From an uncultured Muribaculaceae bacterium (GTDB lineage: Bacteria; Pseudomonadota; Alphaproteobacteria; Rs-D84): a DNA stretch of 63,567 nucleotides. Under the pieces are notes generated by a model that was not told the origin of the DNA, did no database searches, and saw only the letters and a program-made list of their open reading frames with translations. Shown here one piece after another: positions 46,885 to 55,541 of this stretch (the stretch's first letter is position 1; each line of letters starts with the position of its first letter). The DNA is taken from assembly GCA_964371145.1 (NCBI GenBank), contig CAYJKO010000001.1, forward strand, positions 74,567 through 138,133. The letters run 5' to 3'. Made by a program: the position numbers and the translations under genes.

Positions 46885-47397
46885 TTATATACTGTAAAAT
46901 AATTTTAACTCGGCTTTTCTGCGGTTTATTAATCCGGCTGATATTTTTCCTCCCGTTTTATTCCACGCCAACCATGCAGATTCTAAATCAGGATAAATGT
47001 CGGATTTAAAATCTGGGTTATTTATATGTTTACAAACGCTTGATTTTGCAAAACCGCCAATCCCAATATTGAATGCAAAAATAACCAACGCATCAAATTG
47101 ATTTTGATTTAATTTTGCGGTTATAAATTTATTGACCGCATCTTCAAATCTGTATAAATCAGATTTTAATAATTCTGTTGCCCCGGATTCGTCCAGACCG
47201 CTTGTATATTTTCCGGATTGTTTTTCCGTGTTCGTCAATAGATGTCCATATCCGATTGTTGCGCCACGGGGCGGGTTTGCGAAATTGGGGACAGGGCGAC
47301 CCGTTTGATCGTCATATATTATATGTATCCCATTGTGTTTTATTGCACCTTCTAAATCTTTTAATAATAAAATGGCATTTTTACTGATTTTTTTCAT
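46885..47397 (-). CDS. GH24 phage-type lysozyme
   Basis: It has LEG (catalytic Glu), YDD, TIGYGH, the DALV.FAFN..G motif and GL.NRR..E. An AAAGGA RBS is present. Confidence 0.85.
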   Translation of the reverse strand: MKKISKNAILLLKDLEGAIKHNGIHIIYDDQTGRPVPNFANPPRGATIGYGHLLTNTEKQSGKYTSGLDESGATELLKSDLYRFEDAVNKFITAKLNQNQFDALVIFAFNIGIGGFAKSSVCKHINNPDFKSDIYPDLESAWLAWNKTGGKISAGLINRRKAELKLFYSI

Positions 47398-47420
47398 ATT
47401 TCTATTCCTTTTGTATGTAA

Positions 47421-47447
47421 AAAAATACCCCGCAAAATGCGGGGATA
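47421..47447 (-). terminator. Minus-strand terminator between the tRNA-Arg repeat region and the lysozyme gene
   Basis: The stem ccccgca/tgcgggg has a T-run on the minus strand. A second hairpin (47456-47479) lies beside it. Confidence 0.6.
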
Positions 47448-47538
47448 AAAATAAAACAGACGAGATTCGCCCCGTCTGTTAAAATTATGTTAATATTATA
47501 TCAAAAAAACACAAAAAAATCAAGGGTTTGAATTTATG

Positions 47539-47693
47539 GCGGGTCCCTTTCGCAATCGTATATAATACACGGCACTTTGTTTGTGCATTATAACTATTTG
47601 CACGAACCTTTTACGGTTCTCATCCGGGGACGGACAGAGAATAAAAAAATCCCCAAAAGGGGATTGTTTTATTCTGGCGCGCCCCACAGGATT
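47539..47693. repeat. Copy 1 of a perfect 155-bp tandem direct repeat (includes a displaced 19-nt tRNA-Arg 3' end)
   Basis: By eye it is identical to 47716-47870. The period is 177 bp and the spacer is 22 bp. Confidence 0.9.
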
Positions 47694-47715
47694 GTAATTC
47701 CCACGATTGAAAATC

Positions 47716-47870
47716 GCGGGTCCCTTTCGCAATCGTATATAATACACGGCACTTTGTTTGTGCATTATAACTATTTGCACGAACCTTTTACGGTTCTCAT
47801 CCGGGGACGGACAGAGAATAAAAAAATCCCCAAAAGGGGATTGTTTTATTCTGGCGCGCCCCACAGGATT
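47716..47870. repeat. Copy 2 of the 155-bp repeat; its last 19 nt are the real tRNA-Arg 3' end
   Basis: The evidence is as for copy 1. Each unit contains a minus-strand terminator hairpin, aatcccc-tttt-ggggatt. Confidence 0.9.
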
Positions 47871-47928
47871 CGAACCTGTGACCTGCAGATTAGAAATCTG
47901 ATGCTCTATCCAGCTGAGCTAGGGGCGC
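47852..47928 (-). tRNA. tRNA-Arg (anticodon TCT), CCA encoded
   Basis: The acceptor is GCGCCCC/GGGGCGC, the anticodon loop is TTTCTAA and the T-arm is ACAGG-TTCGAAT-CCTGT. Total length is 77 nt. TGtTATAAT on the minus strand (47938-47946) lies upstream. Confidence 0.9.
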
Positions 47929-48094
47929 GTGCGTTGCATTATAACACTAAAAATTATAAATATTCAATAAAAATTTATAAAAATTATCGAAATTTGATAT
48001 CGTATGCGCAATAAACGACAATGATTTTGTTCCTGTTATAAATTTATGCCAATTTTGATATTATTATTTTATGTATAAACAAAAGGATGCAAAT

Positions 48095-48559
48095 ATGAAT
48101 GGATTGAAATTTATCGGCGCTATGATCGCGTCTTTTTTGCCGGGGGTCGTTGGTTCAAAATTTACGCCCAGCGCAGTCCCAAACAGTTTTTATTACGATT
48201 TAAATAAATCTGTTTTAAATCCGCCGGGATATGTGTTTGGTATCGTATGGAATATATTGTTTTTTATTTTGGGGTGGGCGTTATATTTGGTTTTAACCAG
48301 CGATAATAAAAATAAACGTCCTGCAATTGCGTGGTTCGGGGTGCATATGGTATTAAACGGAATGTGGTCTTGGTTATTTTTTGGAATGAATTTTCAAATT
48401 TTAGGCTTAATTAATATAGCGGCTTTGATTATAGTTGCAATATTTATGATGAAATCATTTTATGAACACAGCCGAATTGCGGGTCGAATGATTATTCCAT
48501 ATATAATATGGTTGTGTTTCGCGTTTTATTTAAATTTGGCGATAATTATTTTGAATTAA
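48095..48559 (+). CDS. tspO: TspO/MBR family tryptophan-rich sensory protein
   Basis: It has five TM helices and is Trp-rich, with the motif LNPPGYVFGIVWNILF. The ATG at 48095 lies 8 nt after AAGGA. Confidence 0.85.
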   Translation: MNGLKFIGAMIASFLPGVVGSKFTPSAVPNSFYYDLNKSVLNPPGYVFGIVWNILFFILGWALYLVLTSDNKNKRPAIAWFGVHMVLNGMWSWLFFGMNFQILGLINIAALIIVAIFMMKSFYEHSRIAGRMIIPYIIWLCFAFYLNLAIIILN

Positions 48560-48561
48560 TT

Positions 48562-48900
48562 TTAAAATTTTAAAATTTTGATATCTGGGTCGCCTTTGTT
48601 TAATTTTTTTAAAGCGATTTCTTCTATGAAGTCTGGTGACCCTTGTTTAATTAAATCGGTATGCAATTTCAAAGATTCTAATTTTTTTGTTTTGATTTCT
48701 AATTGTGCCTGGGTTCGGTTTAATTGGCGTGCGTTGGCAATGTATTGTTGAATGGTTACATCGCCGAAAAACCATCTGGAAATCATTAATACAAAGGCTA
48801 ATACAATAAATATTACGCCAAAACGGCCACGGCGACTGGTTTGCCAAGCGCGTTTTAAAAAGCTAAATAAATTTTTGATTTTTTTCATCATGTGTGACAT
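48562..48900 (-). CDS. ftsB: FtsB/DivIC-like septum formation initiator
   Basis: A single TM helix is followed by a coiled coil and IEEIALKKLN. The start is uncertain (48888-48900); the longer track start would overlap dus. Confidence 0.6.
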   Translation of the reverse strand: MSHMMKKIKNLFSFLKRAWQTSRRGRFGVIFIVLAFVLMISRWFFGDVTIQQYIANARQLNRTQAQLEIKTKKLESLKLHTDLIKQGSPDFIEEIALKKLNKGDPDIKILKF

Positions 48901-48909
48901 TATACCACT

Positions 48910-49821
48910 ATGAATATAAATAATCAAATATTTGCTGCACCAATGGCGGGGATAACCGACAGACCTTTTCGTACGATTTTAAGAAAATTTTCTAAACGTG
49001 CGGCATTGGTAACCGAAATGATATCTTGTCACGCTTTGGTTGGTGGGCATACAACATGTTTACGTAATTTCGATAAATATGAACCAGAAGGTGATATAGG
49101 GGCTCAAATTTTTGGTGCCAATCCTGAAATAATGGCGACTGGCGCAAAAATGTTGCAAGATAACGGCGCAAAATGGATAGACATTAATATGGGTTGTCCG
49201 GTCGCAAAAGTTGCAACAAAGGCTGGTGCGGGCGCTTATTTAATGAAAGACCATAAATTGGCGGCCGATATCATTGGTGCGGTTGTAGGCGCGGTTCAAA
49301 TACCGGTTTCAGTAAAAACCAGATTGGGTTGGGATTTTAATACAAAAAATTGGCAAGAATTAATTCGGATTGCGGGCGAACAAGGTGCGTCTTTTGCTGC
49401 TTTGCATGGCAGAACGCGTTCTCAATTATATACAGGGTGTGCTGAATTAGATATAAAGCCCGATGGTTTAATCCCAATTATTGGTAATGGCGACATAAAA
49501 ACAATGGCGGACGTTAAAAAGGTAATGGATTTAGGATACCAAGGTGCAATGATAGGGCGGGGGTTATATGGTGCGCCCTGGTTGTTGGGAATATTGACAG
49601 GTGAAATTGAATCCGTACCGGATAATATATGTGATGTTATTTTAGAGCATTTGGATTTAAGTATAGAATATTATGGAACGCGTACGGCGGTACCGATGTT
49701 CCGTAAACATGCGGCTTGGTACAGCGCAGGTATGAAAAACGCAAATGAATTCAGAACTCGTATAAATCAAATGTTGGATGTTAATGACATTAAAACGGCT
49801 ATCAAAGAATTTTTCTGTTGA
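48910..49821 (+). CDS. dus: tRNA-dihydrouridine synthase
   Basis: It has the APMAGITDRPFR motif and the INMGCP Dus signature. Confidence 0.88.
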   Translation: MNINNQIFAAPMAGITDRPFRTILRKFSKRAALVTEMISCHALVGGHTTCLRNFDKYEPEGDIGAQIFGANPEIMATGAKMLQDNGAKWIDINMGCPVAKVATKAGAGAYLMKDHKLAADIIGAVVGAVQIPVSVKTRLGWDFNTKNWQELIRIAGEQGASFAALHGRTRSQLYTGCAELDIKPDGLIPIIGNGDIKTMADVKKVMDLGYQGAMIGRGLYGAPWLLGILTGEIESVPDNICDVILEHLDLSIEYYGTRTAVPMFRKHAAWYSAGMKNANEFRTRINQMLDVNDIKTAIKEFFC

Positions 49822-49888
49822 TTTATTCGGACGCTGACTGCTATTATACGATTACAAATTTTTAATATGAATACCAAGGGTCGAGAAA

Positions 49889-50752
49889 ATGAGCGAAAAA
49901 TTAAACAATATTAATAATACAGAATTAACCGCGGGTCAAATGTTGCGCCAAACCAGAACAACTGGTCGTGGTAAACGCGAAATCGCAAGCATTTCAAAAG
50001 TTTTGCGTATCCGTGAAGAATATTTAGAAGCCTTGGAAAATGATAATTATGATGCAATTCCAGAGGTTATTTATGTTTTGGGTTTTGCCCGTAATTACGC
50101 AATTGAATTGGGGTTAGATCCAACTGTAATCATTGATAAAATCAAAGTTGCTATTAATTATTATCAAAATAATGAAGAAGCAGCATTGACCAAAGATGAA
50201 AATGTGAATGTGGCCGATGAAAAAAACGATGAACCCGCAATTGTAAAAGAATCTGCAAATTTAAAGAAAAATACAAAATTATTTATGGTTGGAGGTTTAA
50301 CTGCGCTGGGTGTGGTATTAATTATTGGTTTGATTTTTGCTTTTATTGGGGCTGAATCTGCAACGACAAATGCAAATATTATAAAAGTAAATGAAACTGC
50401 CGAAGTTATGGCGGAGGCTCCGGTTGTTGACAATAATGATATTTTCAATATTGCAATTAATAAAGAATATGGCACAGAAAACAAAGCTGATGCAAAAATT
50501 ATATTGCAAGCATCAAGCGATTCTTGGGTTCAGGTAAAAAATAAAGCGGGCGACAATTTGTTCCGCCGTTCATTGGTTGCGGGTGACGTATATTATGTTC
50601 CAAACGGAAATAATATTTCTGCAACGATTGGTAATGTTGGTGGTGTAGACATTTGGGTCGAAGGCAATTTAATCCCACCTTTGGGTCGTGAAAATGTCAG
50701 CAAATCAAATATTTTGATGACACCACAAAATTTGTACAATTTGACAAGATAA
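49889..50752 (+). CDS. rodZ: RodZ-like HTH/transmembrane cytoskeleton protein
   Basis: The N-terminal HTH region reads LRIREEYLEALENDNYD...GFARNYA. It has a central TM helix and a C-terminal beta domain. Confidence 0.6.
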   Translation: MSEKLNNINNTELTAGQMLRQTRTTGRGKREIASISKVLRIREEYLEALENDNYDAIPEVIYVLGFARNYAIELGLDPTVIIDKIKVAINYYQNNEEAALTKDENVNVADEKNDEPAIVKESANLKKNTKLFMVGGLTALGVVLIIGLIFAFIGAESATTNANIIKVNETAEVMAEAPVVDNNDIFNIAINKEYGTENKADAKIILQASSDSWVQVKNKAGDNLFRRSLVAGDVYYVPNGNNISATIGNVGGVDIWVEGNLIPPLGRENVSKSNILMTPQNLYNLTR

Positions 50753-50759
50753 TTTAAAA

Positions 50760-50789
50760 AAGCTCTTTTAAAATAAAGAGCCTTTTTTC
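50760..50789 (+). terminator. Rho-independent terminator
   Basis: The stem gctcttt/aaagagc is followed by a T-run. Confidence 0.65.
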
Positions 50790-50826
50790 TATTGAATTTT
50801 CATTTTTTTGCACTATCTTGTTTTAT

Positions 50827-53673
50827 ATGAATACAATTAAAATACGCGGTGCACGCGAAAACAATCTTAAAAATATCGATCTGGACATACCAAAAAATAA
50901 ATTGGTGGTCTTCACGGGCGTATCTGGATCTGGAAAATCTTCTTTGGCGTTTAATACAATATATGCCGAAGGTCAACGCAGATATGTTGAATCTTTGTCC
51001 GCATACGCGCGTCAATTTTTAAATATGCAAAAAAAACCGGATGTGGATACTATCGAAGGTTTGTCGCCTGCAATTTCAATTGAACAAAAAACAACTTCTA
51101 AAAATCCGCGTTCAACCGTTGGTACGGTGACGGAAATTTATGATTATTTCAGATTGTTATGGGCACGTGTCGGTGTTCCGCATTCCCCGATTACGGGTTT
51201 GCCTATTAAATCGCAGACTATCCAAGAAATGGTTGATTGGACTTTGAAAATGCCGGCGGGTTTAAAAATTTATGTTATGGCGCCATTGGTCCGTATGAGA
51301 AAAGGTGAATATAAAAAAGAAATTGCTTTTCTGGTAAAACAAGGCTATCAACGGGCGATTATAGACGGTGAAATTTATGATTTGGGCTCTGTCCCTGCAT
51401 TGGATAAAAATAAAAAGCACGATATTTTCGTTATTATCGACCGATTGGTTTTACCCGAAGAATCCGAGGGGGATGAAAAAAAACAAGATTTTAATACCAG
51501 ATTATATTCTGCGTTCGAAGGTTCATTGCGATTGGTTCCGGGATCCGTTTTGGTGCGCAGATTGGACACAAACGAAGATATTTTATATTCACAAGATTAC
51601 GCATGCCCCGTCAGCGGGTTTACAGTCCCAAAAATAGAGCCTCGTTTGTTTTCGTTTAATGCGCCGGTTGGTGCGTGCAGCGCGTGTGACGGTTTGGGAA
51701 TGCAATTAAATATATCGCCTGAATTGGTTATACCGGACGGTTCTAAATCTATTTTGGATGGTGCAATTGCGCCTTGGTCTCGTGGTGGGATGTTGACTCA
51801 ATTCGATCATTTGTTAACGGCGATAAATAAAAAATATAAATTACCATTATCTAAACCTTGGAATTCTTTAACGGCAGAACAAAAAGATTTGGTGTTATAT
51901 GGGTCAGGGGACGAGGCGGTTAAAATTAATTGGAATGGATTTATTTATGAAAAGCCATTCGAGGGCGTTATTCCAAATATTGAACGCAGATTACGCGAAA
52001 CGGAATCAGAATCCGCCCGTAATGAATATTCTAAATACCAGGTGCAAAAACCATGTTTGATATGCCATGGAAAAAGATTAAATGTCCAAGCTTTGTGTAT
52101 CAAGGTTAATTCAAAAGATATTATGGATATATCTGATTTGTCTGTGAACGATTCGTTGGAATGGTTTAAAAAATTGCCGACCGTTTTATCCGACAAAGAA
52201 AATGATATTGCGCGTATTATTTTGCGAGAAATTACAGAAAGATTATCTTTTTTACAAAATGTAGGTTTGGGTTATTTGACTTTGTCTCGTATGGCGGGAA
52301 CTCTGTCCGGGGGCGAGGCGCAACGAATCAGATTGGCGTCTCAAATCGGCAGCGGTCTGTCGGGTGTTTTGTATGTGTTGGACGAACCGTCAATTGGATT
52401 ACATCAAAGCGATAATGATAAATTATTAGAAACATTGAAAACTTTACGCGATAAAGATAATACCGTTATCGTGGTAGAACACGACGAAGACGCAATGTTG
52501 ATGGCAGATTATCTGGTTGATATTGGTAAAAATGCGGGGATTCACGGCGGAAATATTGTGGCGGCTGGAACGCCGGCTCAGGTGATAAAAAACAAAGATT
52601 CTTTAACCGGACAATATTTATCGGGCAAGAAAAAAATAGAATTGCCAAAAAAACGTCGTACGGGTTCGGGCGAAAAAATTGTTGTAACTGGCGCACGCGA
52701 AAATAATTTAAAAAACATAGACGCAGAATTTCCATTGGGTAAATTTATCGCATTGACGGGCGTATCGGGGTCTGGAAAATCTACGTTATTGTTGGATACT
52801 TTGTATCCGTCATTAATGCGTGGATTGCATGGTTCAAAAATAGAGGCTGGCGAACATGATACTATTTCTGGATTGGAATTTATTGATAAAGTAATCGATA
52901 TTGACCAATCGCCAATTGGGCGTACTCCACGCAGTAATCCTGCGACTTATACGGGTGTATTTACCAATATTCGTGATTTTTTTGCGGAATTGCCCGAAGC
53001 CAAAACACGTGGATACGCACCGGGACGTTTTTCTTTCAATGTAAAGGGCGGCAGATGTGAAGCGTGCCAAGGGGATGGTCAAATAAAAATCGAAATGAAT
53101 TTCTTGGCCGACGTTTATGTCGAATGTGATAAATGTCGCGGAAAAAGATATAATGAAGAAACTTTGGCGGTAAAATACAAAGGAAAATCTATTGCTGACG
53201 TTTTGGATATGACGGTCGAAGAAGCATACAGATATTTTGTGAATGTTCCATCCATTGCTAAAAAATTAGAATTATTAAAACGCGTTGGTTTGGAATATAT
53301 TAAATTAGGACAAAGTTCTTTGGTGTTATCCGGGGGCGAGGCGCAACGTATAAAATTATCAAAAGAATTGGCGGCGCGCAGCACGGGAAAAACTTTGTAT
53401 ATTCTGGACGAGCCGACAACAGGCTTGCATTTCGAAGATATCAAAATGTTATTGTCCGTATTGCAAGAATTGGTAGACCAGGGCAATACCGTTATCGTAA
53501 TTGAACATAATCTGGAAGTTATAAAAACGGCCGATTGGATTATAGATTTGGGTCCTGCGGGCGGCGTTGGTGGCGGTCAATTAATTGCATATGGTACACC
53601 AGAAGATGTGGCAGATAATGAAAATTCTTTGACCGGTAAATATTTAAAAAGATATTTGAAACCAAAAAAATAG
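50827..53673 (+). CDS. uvrA: Excinuclease ABC subunit A
   Basis: It has two ABC modules ([12 protein letters not shown] and [11 protein letters not shown]) and CxxC zinc fingers. I use the ATG at 50827; the track start is TTG. Confidence 0.96.
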   Translation: MNTIKIRGARENNLKNIDLDIPKNKLVVFTGVSGSGKSSLAFNTIYAEGQRRYVESLSAYARQFLNMQKKPDVDTIEGLSPAISIEQKTTSKNPRSTVGTVTEIYDYFRLLWARVGVPHSPITGLPIKSQTIQEMVDWTLKMPAGLKIYVMAPLVRMRKGEYKKEIAFLVKQGYQRAIIDGEIYDLGSVPALDKNKKHDIFVIIDRLVLPEESEGDEKKQDFNTRLYSAFEGSLRLVPGSVLVRRLDTNEDILYSQDYACPVSGFTVPKIEPRLFSFNAPVGACSACDGLGMQLNISPELVIPDGSKSILDGAIAPWSRGGMLTQFDHLLTAINKKYKLPLSKPWNSLTAEQKDLVLYGSGDEAVKINWNGFIYEKPFEGVIPNIERRLRETESESARNEYSKYQVQKPCLICHGKRLNVQALCIKVNSKDIMDISDLSVNDSLEWFKKLPTVLSDKENDIARIILREITERLSFLQNVGLGYLTLSRMAGTLSGGEAQRIRLASQIGSGLSGVLYVLDEPSIGLHQSDNDKLLETLKTLRDKDNTVIVVEHDEDAMLMADYLVDIGKNAGIHGGNIVAAGTPAQVIKNKDSLTGQYLSGKKKIELPKKRRTGSGEKIVVTGARENNLKNIDAEFPLGKFIALTGVSGSGKSTLLLDTLYPSLMRGLHGSKIEAGEHDTISGLEFIDKVIDIDQSPIGRTPRSNPATYTGVFTNIRDFFAELPEAKTRGYAPGRFSFNVKGGRCEACQGDGQIKIEMNFLADVYVECDKCRGKRYNEETLAVKYKGKSIADVLDMTVEEAYRYFVNVPSIAKKLELLKRVGLEYIKLGQSSLVLSGGEAQRIKLSKELAARSTGKTLYILDEPTTGLHFEDIKMLLSVLQELVDQGNTVIVIEHNLEVIKTADWIIDLGPAGGVGGGQLIAYGTPEDVADNENSLTGKYLKRYLKPKK

Positions 53674-53681
53674 TATGGCGG

Positions 53682-53710
53682 TTGAATTTGATTAAAATAT
53701 ATAGTAAAAT
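53682..53710 (+). promoter_or_regulatory. Sigma70-type promoter for the SRP54 M-domain gene
   Basis: TTGAAT (53682-53687), a 17-nt spacer, then TAAAAT (53705-53710). An AAGGAG RBS follows. Confidence 0.5.
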
Positions 53711-53738
53711 ACATTACATAATTAACAAGGAGTAAAAA

Positions 53739-54233
53739 ATGTTTGGATTTGGAAAAAAGAAAGAAGTTGCAACAGATAACGTAAAACCAGAAAAAGTTGA
53801 TACGGGTATGAAGGCAACGGCCGCTCGTATGATGTCTGGTCAATTTGATATGAATGATATGTTGACTCAATTAAAACAAATTAAAAAAATGAGCAACTTT
53901 GGCGGTATTTTAAAAATGGTTCCTGGTATGGCGGGCGCGGTTGGTGCTATGAAAGAAAAAATCAAAGACGGCAGCGTAGACAAACAAATCAAAATTTTAG
54001 AAGCTATGACAGCGGACGAAAGAAATGACCCTGAAAAAATATTTGCAAATGCAAAAATCAGAATTGCAGAAGCATCCGATTCAACAGTTCGTGAAGTTGA
54101 ACATTTAATCAAACAATATTCAAAAATGAAAAGTCAAATGGCTATGGTTCAACGTATGGGCGGTATGGAAAATTTGATGGAAAAATTGAAAAAAGGCGCA
54201 CCCGGTGGTGGCAGCGCGCCAGTTGGAATGTAA
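53739..54233 (+). CDS. Stand-alone SRP54/Ffh M-domain-like protein (no NG GTPase domain)
   Basis: It aligns by eye with the E. coli Ffh M domain, matching FDMNDMLTQLKQIKKMSNFGGILKMVPGM...EAMT..ER..PE...RIAE.S...V.EV..LIKQY..M. The RNA-binding SRKRRIA.GSG motif is replaced by ANAKIRIAEASD. Confidence 0.75.
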   Translation: MFGFGKKKEVATDNVKPEKVDTGMKATAARMMSGQFDMNDMLTQLKQIKKMSNFGGILKMVPGMAGAVGAMKEKIKDGSVDKQIKILEAMTADERNDPEKIFANAKIRIAEASDSTVREVEHLIKQYSKMKSQMAMVQRMGGMENLMEKLKKGAPGGGSAPVGM

Positions 54234-54898
54234 TGAGAATTTTAAATAAAAAAATTGCACAAAAAAAATCTTCGGTCGCTTGGCTTCAACGCCAGGCGTC
54301 TGATCCGTATGTTGCGCGCGCTCAAAAAGACGGATATCGTTCACGTGCAGTATATAAAATTTTGGAAATGAATGAAAAATACAGATTTTTCCGTAATAAC
54401 CAAACCGTTGTTGATTTGGGGGCCGCTCCCGGCAGCTGGACTGAATATGTTGCACGTGAATATCCAAAATCTAAAATTTTTGCAATGGATTTATTGGAAA
54501 TCAAACCTATTGTCGGCGTTGAATTTTATCAGGGCGATTTTACAACGGATGACGCTTTGGATTGGTTAAATGAAAAATTAAATTTACCGGCGGCCGATTC
54601 GGACGCGAATGGATGCGTTGATGTTATTATGTCGGATATGGCGCCAAATACCGTTGGTCATAAAAGAACCGATCATATCCGTCAAATGGTGTTATTGGAA
54701 TACGCGTATGATTTCGCGAAATCTGCGTTAAAAGTTGGTGGTACGTTTATTGCTAAATCTTTTACAGGTGGTACGACGACCGATTTATTAAAAGAAATTC
54801 GTCAAAAATTTGACGTCGTTCATCATATGAAACCGCCATCTTCTCGTAAAGATTCAGTTGAAATGTTTATCGTTGCAATTGGTTATCGTGGTAAGTAG
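54233..54898 (+). CDS. rlmE: 23S rRNA (uridine-2'-O)-methyltransferase RlmE/FtsJ
   Basis: It has WLQRQ..D.YV..AQKDGYRSRA.YK and VVDLGAAPGSW. A TAATG overlap couples it to the preceding gene. Confidence 0.92.
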   Translation: MRILNKKIAQKKSSVAWLQRQASDPYVARAQKDGYRSRAVYKILEMNEKYRFFRNNQTVVDLGAAPGSWTEYVAREYPKSKIFAMDLLEIKPIVGVEFYQGDFTTDDALDWLNEKLNLPAADSDANGCVDVIMSDMAPNTVGHKRTDHIRQMVLLEYAYDFAKSALKVGGTFIAKSFTGGTTTDLLKEIRQKFDVVHHMKPPSSRKDSVEMFIVAIGYRGK

Positions 54899-55538
54899 TA
54901 AAAATCGGTTTCAAAACACATTTTTCTTTGAAGACTAAATTTGAAATTATTTTATTTGTTTTGTTTTCTATAACTTTTGCCTCGACTTCATTTATTCTTT
55001 TATTGTACGGAACGTATCGATAAAACATTTTCAAATTTTTTGAAATTATTTGATTAATGTCGTTTTGATATGTTGCCTGATTATGGTCTTGTAAAACGTG
55101 CATTATTTCATGTGCGATATATGAAAATGCAACTTCGATATGAAATTTGTATTTATAAAAAGACGGATAAAATAATATTTTTTTTAAAGATGAACAATAT
55201 GAAGCTATGGTTGATTTTTCTTCTGCGTCATATTGAATGTTTTCTAATAAAATATTTGATTTTGGCAATGTTTTTTTTAATGTGTAATTGGTTAAATACA
55301 ATATGTCGGACGGGGAATACGAATCGTATAAATTGTGTTTTTGGATGTATTCCCAGCCAAATGATGCAATTTTGTCTGCGCGTTCGTTTAATTTATCTTT
55401 ATCTAAAATTGCCGAATCGTTCACCAGATTGAAAAAATTTTTTTCGAATATTTCGGTCTTTGTGTCCATTGAATTCTTCGATTTTTTGTATGTTTTATAC
55501 ATTTGTTTTATTTCGAATTTGTTTTTATAGTCTGGCAT
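54867..55538 (-). CDS. Small HExxHxxQ protein, paralogue 3
   Basis: It carries AHEIMHVLQ and then VPYNKRINEVEA. It is homologous over its full length to the two upstream genes. Its 3' end overlaps rlmE by 32 nt. Confidence 0.7.
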   Translation of the reverse strand: MPDYKNKFEIKQMYKTYKKSKNSMDTKTEIFEKNFFNLVNDSAILDKDKLNERADKIASFGWEYIQKHNLYDSYSPSDILYLTNYTLKKTLPKSNILLENIQYDAEEKSTIASYCSSLKKILFYPSFYKYKFHIEVAFSYIAHEIMHVLQDHNQATYQNDINQIISKNLKMFYRYVPYNKRINEVEAKVIENKTNKIISNLVFKEKCVLKPIFTTYHDNQLQR

Positions 55539-55541
55539 TTT

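Noticed and set aside
47539-47870. A possible CRISPR array.
   Set aside because: There are only two copies, the units are 155 bp with a 22-bp spacer, the repeat contains part of a tRNA, and no cas genes are present.
47520-48014. ORFs of 114 aa (minus strand) and 145 aa (plus strand) with an internally duplicated peptide.
   Set aside because: They are generated by the 155-bp tandem repeat and run through the tRNA-Arg gene and terminator hairpins. They have no RBS, so I judge them noncoding.
53739-54233. The SRP54 M-domain ORF considered as a simple ffh pseudogene fragment.
   Set aside because: I do not favour this reading. The frame is intact, it has its own promoter-like element and a perfect AAGGAG RBS, it is translationally coupled to rlmE, and no NG-domain remnant lies upstream. 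It cannot be fully excluded without the rest of the genome.
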